A program made the translations under genes and the position numbers. A DNA stretch of 64,000 nt, taken from contig JBBRPH010000020.1 of NCBI GenBank assembly GCA_038228295.1, positions 3,534 to 67,533 of the forward strand. The letters run 5' to 3'. This document shows, piece by piece, positions 37,009 through 45,834 of the stretch. This DNA is from Chloroflexia bacterium (GTDB lineage Bacteria; Chloroflexota; Chloroflexia; QHBQ01; JAICKM01). The notes beneath the pieces were generated by a model. It searched no databases and had not been told where the DNA came from. It was given only the letters and a program-made list of their open reading frames with translations. How positions within the stretch are numbered: position 1 is the stretch's first letter; every line of letters begins with the position of its first letter.

Positions 37009-38039
37009 AGGCGGAACACCGCGCCGTAGGTGCGCCGCAGGGCACGCGCTTCGGCGGCGGCCAGCCGTCCGCGCGCCTGGTCCCAAGCCACGGCCAGCGC
37101 TTTGCGGATCATACCGAGTCGCACCAGCACGCGCACCGCCCGGCTTACTGCGCGGCTCCGATGCTTGGCAAAGTAGCGATAGCGCGCCCGCCAGAGTTCC
37201 ACATACATTTGCCCGGCGCGTTGGCGGGTGCTTTGCCCGGCCAGGTGGACGATCTCAGCGGCGGGCACCTGCCAGATTTCCCAGCCGGCGGCGCGGATAC
37301 GGCGACACCAGTCCACTTCTTCGGCATACATGAAAAAGCCCTCATCGAAGCCACCTACTTCATCCACTACCGCCCGCCGCACCAGCATCGCCGCGCCGAG
37401 TGGGTGGTCGATCTGAAACGGCGCAGCGGTGGACCGCTGTTCGGCGGGATAGCGGCCGTTGAGTGGGCTTTCGAGCAAGCGTGGGTGTAGTGGGAAGAGG
37501 TCTAGCGCGACTTGGACTGCACCGGGGAAGCGGAAGGCGTTGCGCTGCAACGATCCGTCGCTGTAGCGTAGGCGCGGCGCGATCAGCCCGGCGGCGGGAC
37601 GGCTCTCGCCGAACGCGAGCAGGCGATCCAGCGCGCCGGGCTGCACCACCGTGTCGGGATTGAGCAGCAGCAGCCACGCTCCCCGCGCCACGGCCATCCC
37701 CCGGTTGTTAGCGCGGCCAAAGCCGAGATTGACCGGGCCGGCGATCAGGCGCACCTGCGGCCACGCCGCCCGTAGCCACGCCGCCGTGCCGTCGGTCGAG
37801 GCGTTGTCCACGACGATGATTTCCGTGCGCCGTAGGTCGTGGGCCGTGCGCTGTGAATCGGTAGGCTCAGTTACGGCTATCGGTGTGCTGCTTTGTGCTG
37901 CTCTATGGGGCGTAGCTGCGCTCCTGTCACCGCCTACGGCCCACGGCGCAGGGCTCACGGACCGTAGGCAGGCATCCAGCAGCGTGCGGCTGTTCCAAGT
38001 GACGATTATGATAGAGAGGTAGATGGGCGGGTTGTTCAC
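37005..38039 (-). CDS. Glycosyltransferase family 2 (rhamnosyltransferase-like)
   Basis: SIIIVTWN, VVDNASTDG, NLGFGRANN, LLNPD, FFMYAEEVD; start uncertain. Confidence 0.9.
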   Translation of the reverse strand: MNNPPIYLSIIIVTWNSRTLLDACLRSVSPAPWAVGGDRSAATPHRAAQSSTPIAVTEPTDSQRTAHDLRRTEIIVVDNASTDGTAAWLRAAWPQVRLIAGPVNLGFGRANNRGMAVARGAWLLLLNPDTVVQPGALDRLLAFGESRPAAGLIAPRLRYSDGSLQRNAFRFPGAVQVALDLFPLHPRLLESPLNGRYPAEQRSTAAPFQIDHPLGAAMLVRRAVVDEVGGFDEGFFMYAEEVDWCRRIRAAGWEIWQVPAAEIVHLAGQSTRQRAGQMYVELWRARYRYFAKHRSRAVSRAVRVLVRLGMIRKALAVAWDQARGRLAAAEARALRRTYGAVFRL

Positions 38040-38279
38040 CGTTAGCTTGGTACTCCGTTGATCGGGGTTGGTTCTCTGTGCTATGATACCGGAAGTCGCC
38101 CGCTTGCGCCACCCACCATCGGGAAGACTCTGTGCCTCCATCTATGCTGGACCTATCCCATCCTATGATGTAGGCGCGGCGCCGAAAGCCCTATTGGCGC
38201 CGCATCGGCGGGTTGCGCCGCATACCCTTCGCCCACATCCTTATACGACGGCGCGGCTCTTAGTGCGGCGAGCTAGGGA

Positions 38280-39281
38280 TCACGCGGCTGGACGCGCCAT
38301 ACCGGGCGTGCCGCCCGGTTCCACCAGGCCACCGCTGCTTGCCGGTAGCTCTAGGTCGGGTGCATGGCGCACCGGCAGCCGCCGGGTGGCGACGAGCAGG
38401 CTAATGGCGGCCAACAAGACCAGCCAGCCGCTCCAGCCAAAGATCGTCGCCTGGGCCGTGTCGAACTTTGTACCGGCCTGGGTGAGCAGTACAGCCATGC
38501 CGGCGCTGCCGTTAAACGCGGCGTGGCCGATCACCGCCGGCCAAATGCTGCCGGTCGCCAACCGCGTCCAACCGAACAGGACGCCGAGTAGCACGCAAAA
38601 GACGATGAACAGGCCCACGCCGAGGGTGGGGTGCAGCGGATAGTTGTAGCCTAGCAGCAGGATCGGCGCGTGCCACAGCCCCCAGATCGCCCCCGTGGCG
38701 ATCAGCGCGCGCCATTGGCCGAGCGGCAGTAGCGCAGGCAGCAAATAGCCGCGCCAACCCCATTCTTCGCCAAAGGTGAACAGTCCGTTGATGATCGGCG
38801 CCAGCGGGATCAGGAGCAGTTGGAGGCCGACCAGCGCACCAATCGGCAGTCTGTCGAGCGCTGCTTTGGCGCGCGGCGTAGCATCGAGCAACGCACGGTA
38901 GCCGGAAAAGTCGGCTAGATCCATGTGGTAGAGACCGAACGCGGCACTGACAAACAGGGCGGCAATCACCAGCAGCGGCACGCCCAGCCACGCGGCGGCG
39001 TAATACCAGCCCCAGCGGGTGCCTGCGGCGCCCCAGCGTAGCCCCGTGGCGCGGCGCACGCCGGCCGCCGGCCGGCGTAGGTGCGTCACAATCCCGGTTG
39101 CCACGGCCGGCATAAACATCTGCCCCGCCAACAGTGCGCCCGCCCAGGGTACGCGCAAGCCGTGCCCGCTGAGATAAAATGCGCTGTCCAGCAACCAGGT
39201 CAGTCCAAACGCTAAGGCTATAAATAGACCTACGCCACGCCAATCTACTCGTCGGCTATCACCTTGTAATGCCGCTTCCAT
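38280..39281 (-). CDS. CPBP (CAAX/Abi) intramembrane metalloprotease
   Basis: GEEWGWRG, WGLWH, HAAFN motifs; SD AAGGAGG. Confidence 0.9.
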   Translation of the reverse strand: MEAALQGDSRRVDWRGVGLFIALAFGLTWLLDSAFYLSGHGLRVPWAGALLAGQMFMPAVATGIVTHLRRPAAGVRRATGLRWGAAGTRWGWYYAAAWLGVPLLVIAALFVSAAFGLYHMDLADFSGYRALLDATPRAKAALDRLPIGALVGLQLLLIPLAPIINGLFTFGEEWGWRGYLLPALLPLGQWRALIATGAIWGLWHAPILLLGYNYPLHPTLGVGLFIVFCVLLGVLFGWTRLATGSIWPAVIGHAAFNGSAGMAVLLTQAGTKFDTAQATIFGWSGWLVLLAAISLLVATRRLPVRHAPDLELPASSGGLVEPGGTPGMARPAA

Positions 39282-39319
39282 TAGCGCTCCTCCTTCACGT
39301 CTGCCACAAGGGCTGTCAC

Positions 39320-39370
39320 ATTGTATCATTAAACTAATACAATGATACAATAGATTCGATCCAATGTCAA
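39320..39370 (-). promoter_or_regulatory. Promoter of the CPBP gene overlapped by a palindromic operator
   Basis: Minus TTGACA-17-TATCAT; attgtatcatt-N10-aatgatacaat perfect 11-bp arms. Confidence 0.7.
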
Positions 39371-39499
39371 TAGATCTGCGCGCCGGATGTTTGTTGTAAG
39401 CTGCCCCACGATACGGCAGCATGGTATACTAGGTGGGGAAATGTTCCCGCCACAGTCATGTACGCCCCAGGCGCGGGCTTTTGTTACGAGGGAGAGATA

Positions 39500-40021
39500 A
39501 TGGAACTTAGCGGCAAGCGGATTGCGATCCTGACTGAAGACAATTATGACGAGCAGGAGTTTATCTACTGCAACCTGCGGATGCGCGAAGCCGGGGCTAC
39601 GGTGACAATCGTCGCGCCTAAAGGGGATCATGAGTACCGCAGCAAAGCCGGCCTGATCAATCACTCCGACGCAGCAGCAAGCGCGGTGCGTGCCGCCGAT
39701 TTCGACGCAGTGATCATTCCCGGTGGCTATGCCCCCGACCGGATGCGACGCGATCCGGCGTTGGTGCGCTTGGTGCGTGAGGCGGCGCAAGAGGGCCAGA
39801 TCGTGGCCGCTATTTGCCATGCCGGTTGGGTATTGGTGACGGCGGGGGTGTTGATGGGTCGCACTGTGACCGGCTTTTTCAGCCTGGAACCCGAGTTACG
39901 CGGCGCAGGTGCCACTTATGTGGATCAGGCTGTGGTTCGCGACGGCAATCTGATTACCTCGCGCACGCCTGCTGACCTGGGCGATTTTTGCCGCACCATC
40001 ATCGCTGCTTTGCAGGAATAA
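39500..40021 (+). CDS. PfpI/DJ-1 family (type 1 glutamine amidotransferase-like) protein
   Basis: DAVIIPGG, AAICHAGW, VVRDGNLITSRTPADL. Confidence 0.92.
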   Translation: MELSGKRIAILTEDNYDEQEFIYCNLRMREAGATVTIVAPKGDHEYRSKAGLINHSDAAASAVRAADFDAVIIPGGYAPDRMRRDPALVRLVREAAQEGQIVAAICHAGWVLVTAGVLMGRTVTGFFSLEPELRGAGATYVDQAVVRDGNLITSRTPADLGDFCRTIIAALQE

Positions 40022-40091
40022 CGTCGGCCCAGCACCACGGCGGAAGGTGCGGCCGGCGTTTACGGTCGCTAAATCGCCGGCCCCTGTGCAG

Positions 40092-41369
40092 TTAGGCGGC
40101 TTCGGGCTTGAGCACCGGGGCTGCCGCTTCCTGGGCCGCAACGGCGGCCGTTTTGTCGGCGCGCAGGCGGTGTTCCTGTGACCACATCAGGCTGCTGGCA
40201 ATACCCGCACTAACGGCGTGCAGCCCCGCCAGCAAGCTGAACAGGTAAATCGGGCCGATGGTGTAGAGTGGACCACTAATGAGCGTGCCGGCGAAGCCGA
40301 CGCCGGTGTTAGTGGTGCTGATCATGCCCTGCAAGCGCCCACGCATTGTCGGCGGCAACACATCGGCCATATAGCTGGACGATGCCGGATCGAGAATTGC
40401 GATCATCGCGCCTTCTAACACCCCCAACGCCAGGATAACCGGAATACTAGTGATAAAGCCGTAGACAAAATAGATCGCGCCTGCCACCAGCGACGGGATC
40501 AGGATCAGCAGCGCTCGGTTGTGGCGGTCGGCTAGGCGGCCCGCCCACGGCCCGATCAGGATCATGGGCAGGGCGAACAGGGTATAGCTGAGACCGATGA
40601 TATTGAGGTCGCCGCCGAGGTCATGGATCCAGATGTTCCAGACCACGCTGAAAAAGCCGCCGACAAAGCCCCAGCCAATGGTGCTGACGAACAGCGGCGC
40701 GATGGCTCGCCAGGGGATGCGTACTGCGACGGGTGCGCCGGCCGGGATTGTGGCCTGATCTTCCTTATGCTGCATCGGCTTGCCGCCGTGCATCTTGACT
40801 GCCAGCCAACTGCCCGCGATCAGGCTGGTGATCGCGCCGAACCAGAAGGGGCCGCTCATCCCGCTGAAACCGCCGAGGAAGCCGCCGAAGGCCGGGCCGA
40901 GCATCATGCCGCCGTTAAACGCCGCGCCTAGCAAACCAAACGCTTGGCCGCGGCGGGCGGCGGGCATCGTGTCCATGATATAGGCGCGCGCGGCGGGCAT
41001 ATTAGCGGCGGCGGCCATGCCGTCTATGAAGCGCAGCGCAGCGAATTCCCAACTGCCGTGTGCGCCTAGATAGAGCAGTGAGGTGACGACGTGGACCAAC
41101 AGGCCGCCGACTAGCAGCGGTTTGCGGCCGATGCGGTCGCTGGCCCAACCGGCCGGCACCTGAAACAGGAAGTTAGCTGCCATAAAGGCGCTGGTCACCA
41201 AGCTAATTTCGGTTAGGCCGATACCCTGCCCTTGCATATAGAGCGTGAACACCGGCCAAATCGAGGTGAGGCCGAGAAATACCACAAACACCCCGACCAC
41301 GATCAACGCCAGTTGCGGATACTCCCAGAGCATATGGCTGGCGAGTTGTTTCCGTATTCGGTCGCGCAC
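40092..41369 (-). CDS. MFS transporter
   Basis: GWASDRIGRK, GRLADRHNR, about 12 TM segments. Confidence 0.9.
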   Translation of the reverse strand: MRDRIRKQLASHMLWEYPQLALIVVGVFVVFLGLTSIWPVFTLYMQGQGIGLTEISLVTSAFMAANFLFQVPAGWASDRIGRKPLLVGGLLVHVVTSLLYLGAHGSWEFAALRFIDGMAAAANMPAARAYIMDTMPAARRGQAFGLLGAAFNGGMMLGPAFGGFLGGFSGMSGPFWFGAITSLIAGSWLAVKMHGGKPMQHKEDQATIPAGAPVAVRIPWRAIAPLFVSTIGWGFVGGFFSVVWNIWIHDLGGDLNIIGLSYTLFALPMILIGPWAGRLADRHNRALLILIPSLVAGAIYFVYGFITSIPVILALGVLEGAMIAILDPASSSYMADVLPPTMRGRLQGMISTTNTGVGFAGTLISGPLYTIGPIYLFSLLAGLHAVSAGIASSLMWSQEHRLRADKTAAVAAQEAAAPVLKPEAA

Positions 41370-41534
41370 TTAGCTATCCTTCCTGACTGATCGCTACGTG
41401 TCCCTGCCCCATTCATCCGAGCACGCTCTCTATTATACCGGCCTCCTATACGGGCCGACTAGGGCCGTAAGACGGAGTTTCTCTCCGCCTTTCGGGCGGA
41501 CACGGACTATAGGGATCGTCGCTAACCGCAGAAC

Positions 41535-41591
41535 TTGACAAGTACCGCTGGTGTGCTATAATAGGTCTAACCGACATACTATTAGACCTAT
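41535..41591 (+). promoter_or_regulatory. Promoter and palindromic operator upstream of padR
   Basis: TTGACA-16-TATAAT followed by ataggtctaa-N11-ttagacctat. Confidence 0.75.
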
Positions 41592-41631
41592 AACAAGTTT
41601 GTAATAAAGTCGCGGTAACACAAGGAATCCC

Positions 41632-42216
41632 ATGTATGAGCTAATCATCCTATCCTTGTTGATGCGCCACCCGTTACACGGCTACCTGCTAGCCCGCATT
41701 ATTAACGACATCAGCGGGCCGGTTGCCAAACTCAGTAACGGCACGCTATACCCCCTATTGACCAAGTTGGAGCACGCCGGCCTGATTGCGGCGGCTCCCT
41801 TGGACAGCGATGCGCCCCTACACGACCGCCCGGCGCGGACCTTCTTGCTTACTGAGGCGGGGCGGGCGCGCCTACACCAATTGCTGATGGACACAAACGC
41901 TAATCAGGGCGACTATGGCCGTATTTTCCGCTACAAAGTGGCTTATTTCTATCTCGTGTCGGCCAAAGAACGGCTGCATCTCATTCAGCACTACATCAAC
42001 TACTGTCAGACGCATATCCTCTACTTCAGCGCGGAGGCGGAAGATTTAGTGTTTGAACACGAGCGCGCCGGCCATGTGGCGGTAGATGCTGCTTTCTTGG
42101 AATATACCGACGATATGATGCAGCATCAAATCCGGCAGTGGCAGGGCGAATTGGCTTGGGCGGTGCGCTTGCGCGACCGGGAACACGCCCGTATGGAGAA
42201 GGAGAACAGCGGATGA
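41632..42216 (+). CDS. PadR family transcriptional regulator
   Basis: HGYLL..SNGTLYPLLTKLEHAGLI..LTEAGR. Confidence 0.9.
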   Translation: MYELIILSLLMRHPLHGYLLARIINDISGPVAKLSNGTLYPLLTKLEHAGLIAAAPLDSDAPLHDRPARTFLLTEAGRARLHQLLMDTNANQGDYGRIFRYKVAYFYLVSAKERLHLIQHYINYCQTHILYFSAEAEDLVFEHERAGHVAVDAAFLEYTDDMMQHQIRQWQGELAWAVRLRDREHARMEKENSG

Positions 42217-43928
42217 ACGCGCAGGAGTCTATTCCTGTCCTAATCGTGGGCGGTGGCCCGGCGGGGCTGACCGCCGCGCTGGTGTTGGCGCGCTACGGCG
42301 TAGCCGTTGTGCTGATTGAGCGTCACAGCGGCACTTCGATCCATCCCCGTGCGCGCGGATTGAACGTGCGAACGATGGAGATCTACCGTGCGTTGGGCTT
42401 GGAAGCGCCGATCCGCGCCGCCGGGGCGGTCCTGGCGGCCAGTCGCTATATGCTGTTTGTGGACACGCTGGCCGGTGCTGAAATCCGCCGCGTGCCCGAC
42501 GACGACCTCATGCCGTTGGGCGATGCATTGGCTGCCGTAACGCCGTGCGGTTGGTGCCAATGCGCGCAAGACGAGTTGGAGCCGATCTTGGCCGCTGCCG
42601 CCCGCGCTGCCGGTGCCGATCTGCGCTTCGGCACCGAACTGACGGCGCTTACCCAAGATGCCGCCGGCGTAGCCGCCACAGTGGTTACGCGCGCCGATGG
42701 GACGCAAGAGACAATCCGCGCCCACTACGCTATCGCCGCCGACGGCGCAGGCAGCCTCGTGCGCGAGCAGTTGGGTGTGGCGCTGGAAGATCACGGCACG
42801 ATGGGCCACTATGTCAACATCTATTTCCGCGCCGATCTGCGCGCGCTGGTGGCGGGCCGCGAATTCGGCATCTGCTTTGTCGAGAACCCGGCGGCGGCGG
42901 GTCTGTTTCTGGCGGTCAACAACAGCGACCGCTGGCTGTTCAACGCCGAATACACGCCGGCCACCGGAGCCGGCCCTGCCGACTTCACTCCGGCGCGCTG
43001 TCTAGAGATCGTACGCGCCGCCGTGGGCCTGCCCGACCTAGCGGTGGAGATCCTGAGCGTGCTGCCGTGGGTGGCCGCCGCGCAGATCGCCACGCAGTTA
43101 GCTGTTGGGCGAGTATTTCTGGCGGGCGATGCGGCCCATATCATGCCGCCTGCCGGGGGCTTCGGTCTCAACACTGGGGTGCAAGATGCCCACAACCTGG
43201 CCTGGAAGCTGGCGGCGGTGCTGCGTGGCGGAGCGGCTCCGGCTTTATTGACCACCTACGCCGCTGAACGCCGCCCAGTAGCCGCTGCGGTTGTCGTCCA
43301 AGCGGCTTGGGATATGATGGCGCCCACCCCCGATACCCTCGGCGGGCCGGGCGGGACAAGCGATGGACCACCTGATCGGACAGCGGATGGTCCACCAACC
43401 GGTGACGGCCCGCCTGAATGGGGCGGCGAGGTGGATGACGCCATGCGCTTGGCGCTTTTGGTGCCCGTGTTGGGCTATCGCTACGAATCCGACGCGGTGC
43501 AGGCTGAGCGGGGTGCTGACACCCCGCCGGACGGGAGCCTAGACTTGAGTGGGCGGCCCGGCACGCGCGCTCCACACGTTTGGCTGGAACAGGCCGGGCA
43601 GCGTGTTTCTACGGTCGATCTCTTCAACGGCGGCTTCGTGCTGTTAGCAGGCGCCGCGGGGGCCGCTTGGTCTGGCGCCGCCCGCACCGTCGCTGCTCAG
43701 CGTGGGTTAGACTTGACTGCCTACCGCATCGGCCTCGGTGGCGACCTGGCTGATCCCGCCGGCGTATGGCCCACTACTTATGGCCTCACTCCAGCCGGCG
43801 CAACGCTGGTGCGCCCCGACGGCTTCGTAGCCTGGCGCAGCCCCGGTCCCAGCACTACGCCCGCCACGGTGCTGGCCGACGCGCTGACCGCGCTGCTCGG
43901 TCCGGCTTCTAGCGGCGCCCGTGCTTGA
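42213..43928 (+). CDS. FAD-dependent aromatic monooxygenase (RdmE/PheA-like)
   Basis: GGGPAG, AADG, GDAAH..GGFGLNTG..DAHNLAWKL, PGTRAPH, LVRPDG. Confidence 0.92.
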   Translation: MNAQESIPVLIVGGGPAGLTAALVLARYGVAVVLIERHSGTSIHPRARGLNVRTMEIYRALGLEAPIRAAGAVLAASRYMLFVDTLAGAEIRRVPDDDLMPLGDALAAVTPCGWCQCAQDELEPILAAAARAAGADLRFGTELTALTQDAAGVAATVVTRADGTQETIRAHYAIAADGAGSLVREQLGVALEDHGTMGHYVNIYFRADLRALVAGREFGICFVENPAAAGLFLAVNNSDRWLFNAEYTPATGAGPADFTPARCLEIVRAAVGLPDLAVEILSVLPWVAAAQIATQLAVGRVFLAGDAAHIMPPAGGFGLNTGVQDAHNLAWKLAAVLRGGAAPALLTTYAAERRPVAAAVVVQAAWDMMAPTPDTLGGPGGTSDGPPDRTADGPPTGDGPPEWGGEVDDAMRLALLVPVLGYRYESDAVQAERGADTPPDGSLDLSGRPGTRAPHVWLEQAGQRVSTVDLFNGGFVLLAGAAGAAWSGAARTVAAQRGLDLTAYRIGLGGDLADPAGVWPTTYGLTPAGATLVRPDGFVAWRSPGPSTTPATVLADALTALLGPASSGARA

Positions 43929-44205
43929 TCGGCTATACTAGAGCACGAGGCGCCCGCTGTCGGATGCACGTTTCTGGGTTGATAAAACCCGGTATTCCCT
44001 ATAGCTCGTAGCGCACGACCGACCGCCGGGATCGTGCCTCTTACGAACTATAGGTGCGCTGGGCGGGTGGTGCGATCCCTTGTTATCCTCCCGCAGCCCC
44101 GCCGCCGTCACCGGCGGGCTAGGCGCAAGCCGAACTGCCTGGTAGTTTGTATGCCTATTGATAGTGACTGACCCTACACCGTTATCGGCTAGAAAAGGAA
44201 CCATT

Positions 44206-45636
44206 ATGCCTATTACCCACCCCTTACGCTCTATGCGTGGACTGCTGATCGCTCTAGCGGTGGTCGGGGCGGCACTGCCGCCCCTGGCTGCTGCCGCCCC
44301 GACAGCGGTGCCGGCCCATGCGCCGGCCTTCAATTTCGCCGACTCCAGCTTCGATCTGCTGTGGATGCGGACCGATATGGGCGTGGCGAACCATAGCGTA
44401 ACCCGCTCGTGGATCTGGGGGCCGGCTCCCGGCGCGGCGGGGCAAGAAGCCTATGTTGAAGCGCCTGACGGCTCCGGTCGGCGCTTGGTGCAATACTGGG
44501 ATAAGGGTCGCATGGAGGTCAATAACCCGTTGGGCGACCCCAGTGTGCAGTGGTTTGTTACCAGCGGCCTGCTGACGGTGGAGTTGATGACGGGACGGCA
44601 GCAGCAGGGCAACACCGCCTACGTAGAGCGCCCGCCCGCCGCCGTGCCGATTGCCGGCGATGGTAACGACGCGAACGCGCCCACCTACGCCTCATTCCTG
44701 GGTGTGAGCAACACGCCGAAAGGCGAACACCGCCAAGCCAATCGCAACGGCCAGGTCGTCACTGACGTGATCCAAAAGGACGGCAAGACGTTCAGCGATC
44801 CCGGCAAGAGCCAATATCCCGGCCTGCGCGTGACGTATTTCGAGCCGAAGACGGGGCACAACATCCCCGAAATCTTCATGAACTTCCTGACTCAGAGCGG
44901 CCCGACCTTTCAGGCGGGTGCGACCGGCAGCCACGCGCTGTTCGATCCGTGGGTATTCACGATGGGGCTGCCCATTTCCGATCCCTACTGGGCCACCGTG
45001 TTGGTGAGCGGGCAGCCGCAAGAAGTGCTGATCCAGGCATTCGAGCGCCGTGTGCTGACCTATCAGCCGAGCGCCGCCCCCGCGTGGCGTGTGCAGATGG
45101 GTAATATCGGCCGGCACTACTACGATTGGCGCTACGGTGGTAGTTGGACGGACGGTACCGCCGGGCCGACCCCGTTCCCGGCCGCTGCTCCGGCCATGCC
45201 GCACCAACTGGTGATTCCCAAGATCGGAGTGCGCGCTGCGGTCGAGAACCTGGGCGTGGATAAGAGCAACAACTTCGACATTCCGAAAGATCCGCACAAC
45301 GTCGGCTGGTATGCACCCGGCACGCGCCCCGGCGACCTGGGCAGCGCGGCCATAGACGGCCACCTCGATTGGTACGGCATCGGGCCGGTGGTCTTCTGGC
45401 GCTTGGGCGATCTCCAGGTGGGGGACCATTACTGGATGCGCGATGCAAGCGGCCGAGACCGCTTGTTTGTGGCGACCGAGACATCCTCCTGCCCTTATAA
45501 CAACTGCCCCGTCCAGCGCATCTTCACCGCCAACGCGGGCCGCTACCTAAACCTGATCACCTGTCATGGTACCTTCAACCGGGCCGCGAAAAACTATGAC
45601 AAGCGCCTGGTAGTTTATGGGGAATTCGTGCAGTAG
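44206..45636 (+). CDS. Secreted protein with C-terminal class F sortase domain
   Basis: Signal peptide; RSWIWGP/VQYWDKGRME/QAFERRVL domain; sortase IDGHLD, LITC, R. Confidence 0.85.
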   Translation: MPITHPLRSMRGLLIALAVVGAALPPLAAAAPTAVPAHAPAFNFADSSFDLLWMRTDMGVANHSVTRSWIWGPAPGAAGQEAYVEAPDGSGRRLVQYWDKGRMEVNNPLGDPSVQWFVTSGLLTVELMTGRQQQGNTAYVERPPAAVPIAGDGNDANAPTYASFLGVSNTPKGEHRQANRNGQVVTDVIQKDGKTFSDPGKSQYPGLRVTYFEPKTGHNIPEIFMNFLTQSGPTFQAGATGSHALFDPWVFTMGLPISDPYWATVLVSGQPQEVLIQAFERRVLTYQPSAAPAWRVQMGNIGRHYYDWRYGGSWTDGTAGPTPFPAAAPAMPHQLVIPKIGVRAAVENLGVDKSNNFDIPKDPHNVGWYAPGTRPGDLGSAAIDGHLDWYGIGPVVFWRLGDLQVGDHYWMRDASGRDRLFVATETSSCPYNNCPVQRIFTANAGRYLNLITCHGTFNRAAKNYDKRLVVYGEFVQ

Positions 45637-45650
45637 CTATACTAACGACT

Positions 45651-45834
45651 TTCACCACACGGCAGGGAGCCACGGAGATTTCCGGCGATCACACGGATGA
45701 TGTTGACATAATATGCTTGCGATAGTGCGTGTAACCAAGAATGTCACGGGAGCGCCTACCGTTCCGGCGGTAGCGCGTTCATTCGCTGTGTCTAGAAGTG
45801 TGCCTCGCTGTGGCTCCGTGGCTCCGTGGTGAAA
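45651..45834. repeat. MITE-like element with nonamer-repeat inverted ends
   Basis: ttcaccacacggcagggagccacggag ... gtggctccgtggctccgtggtgaaa. Confidence 0.6.
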
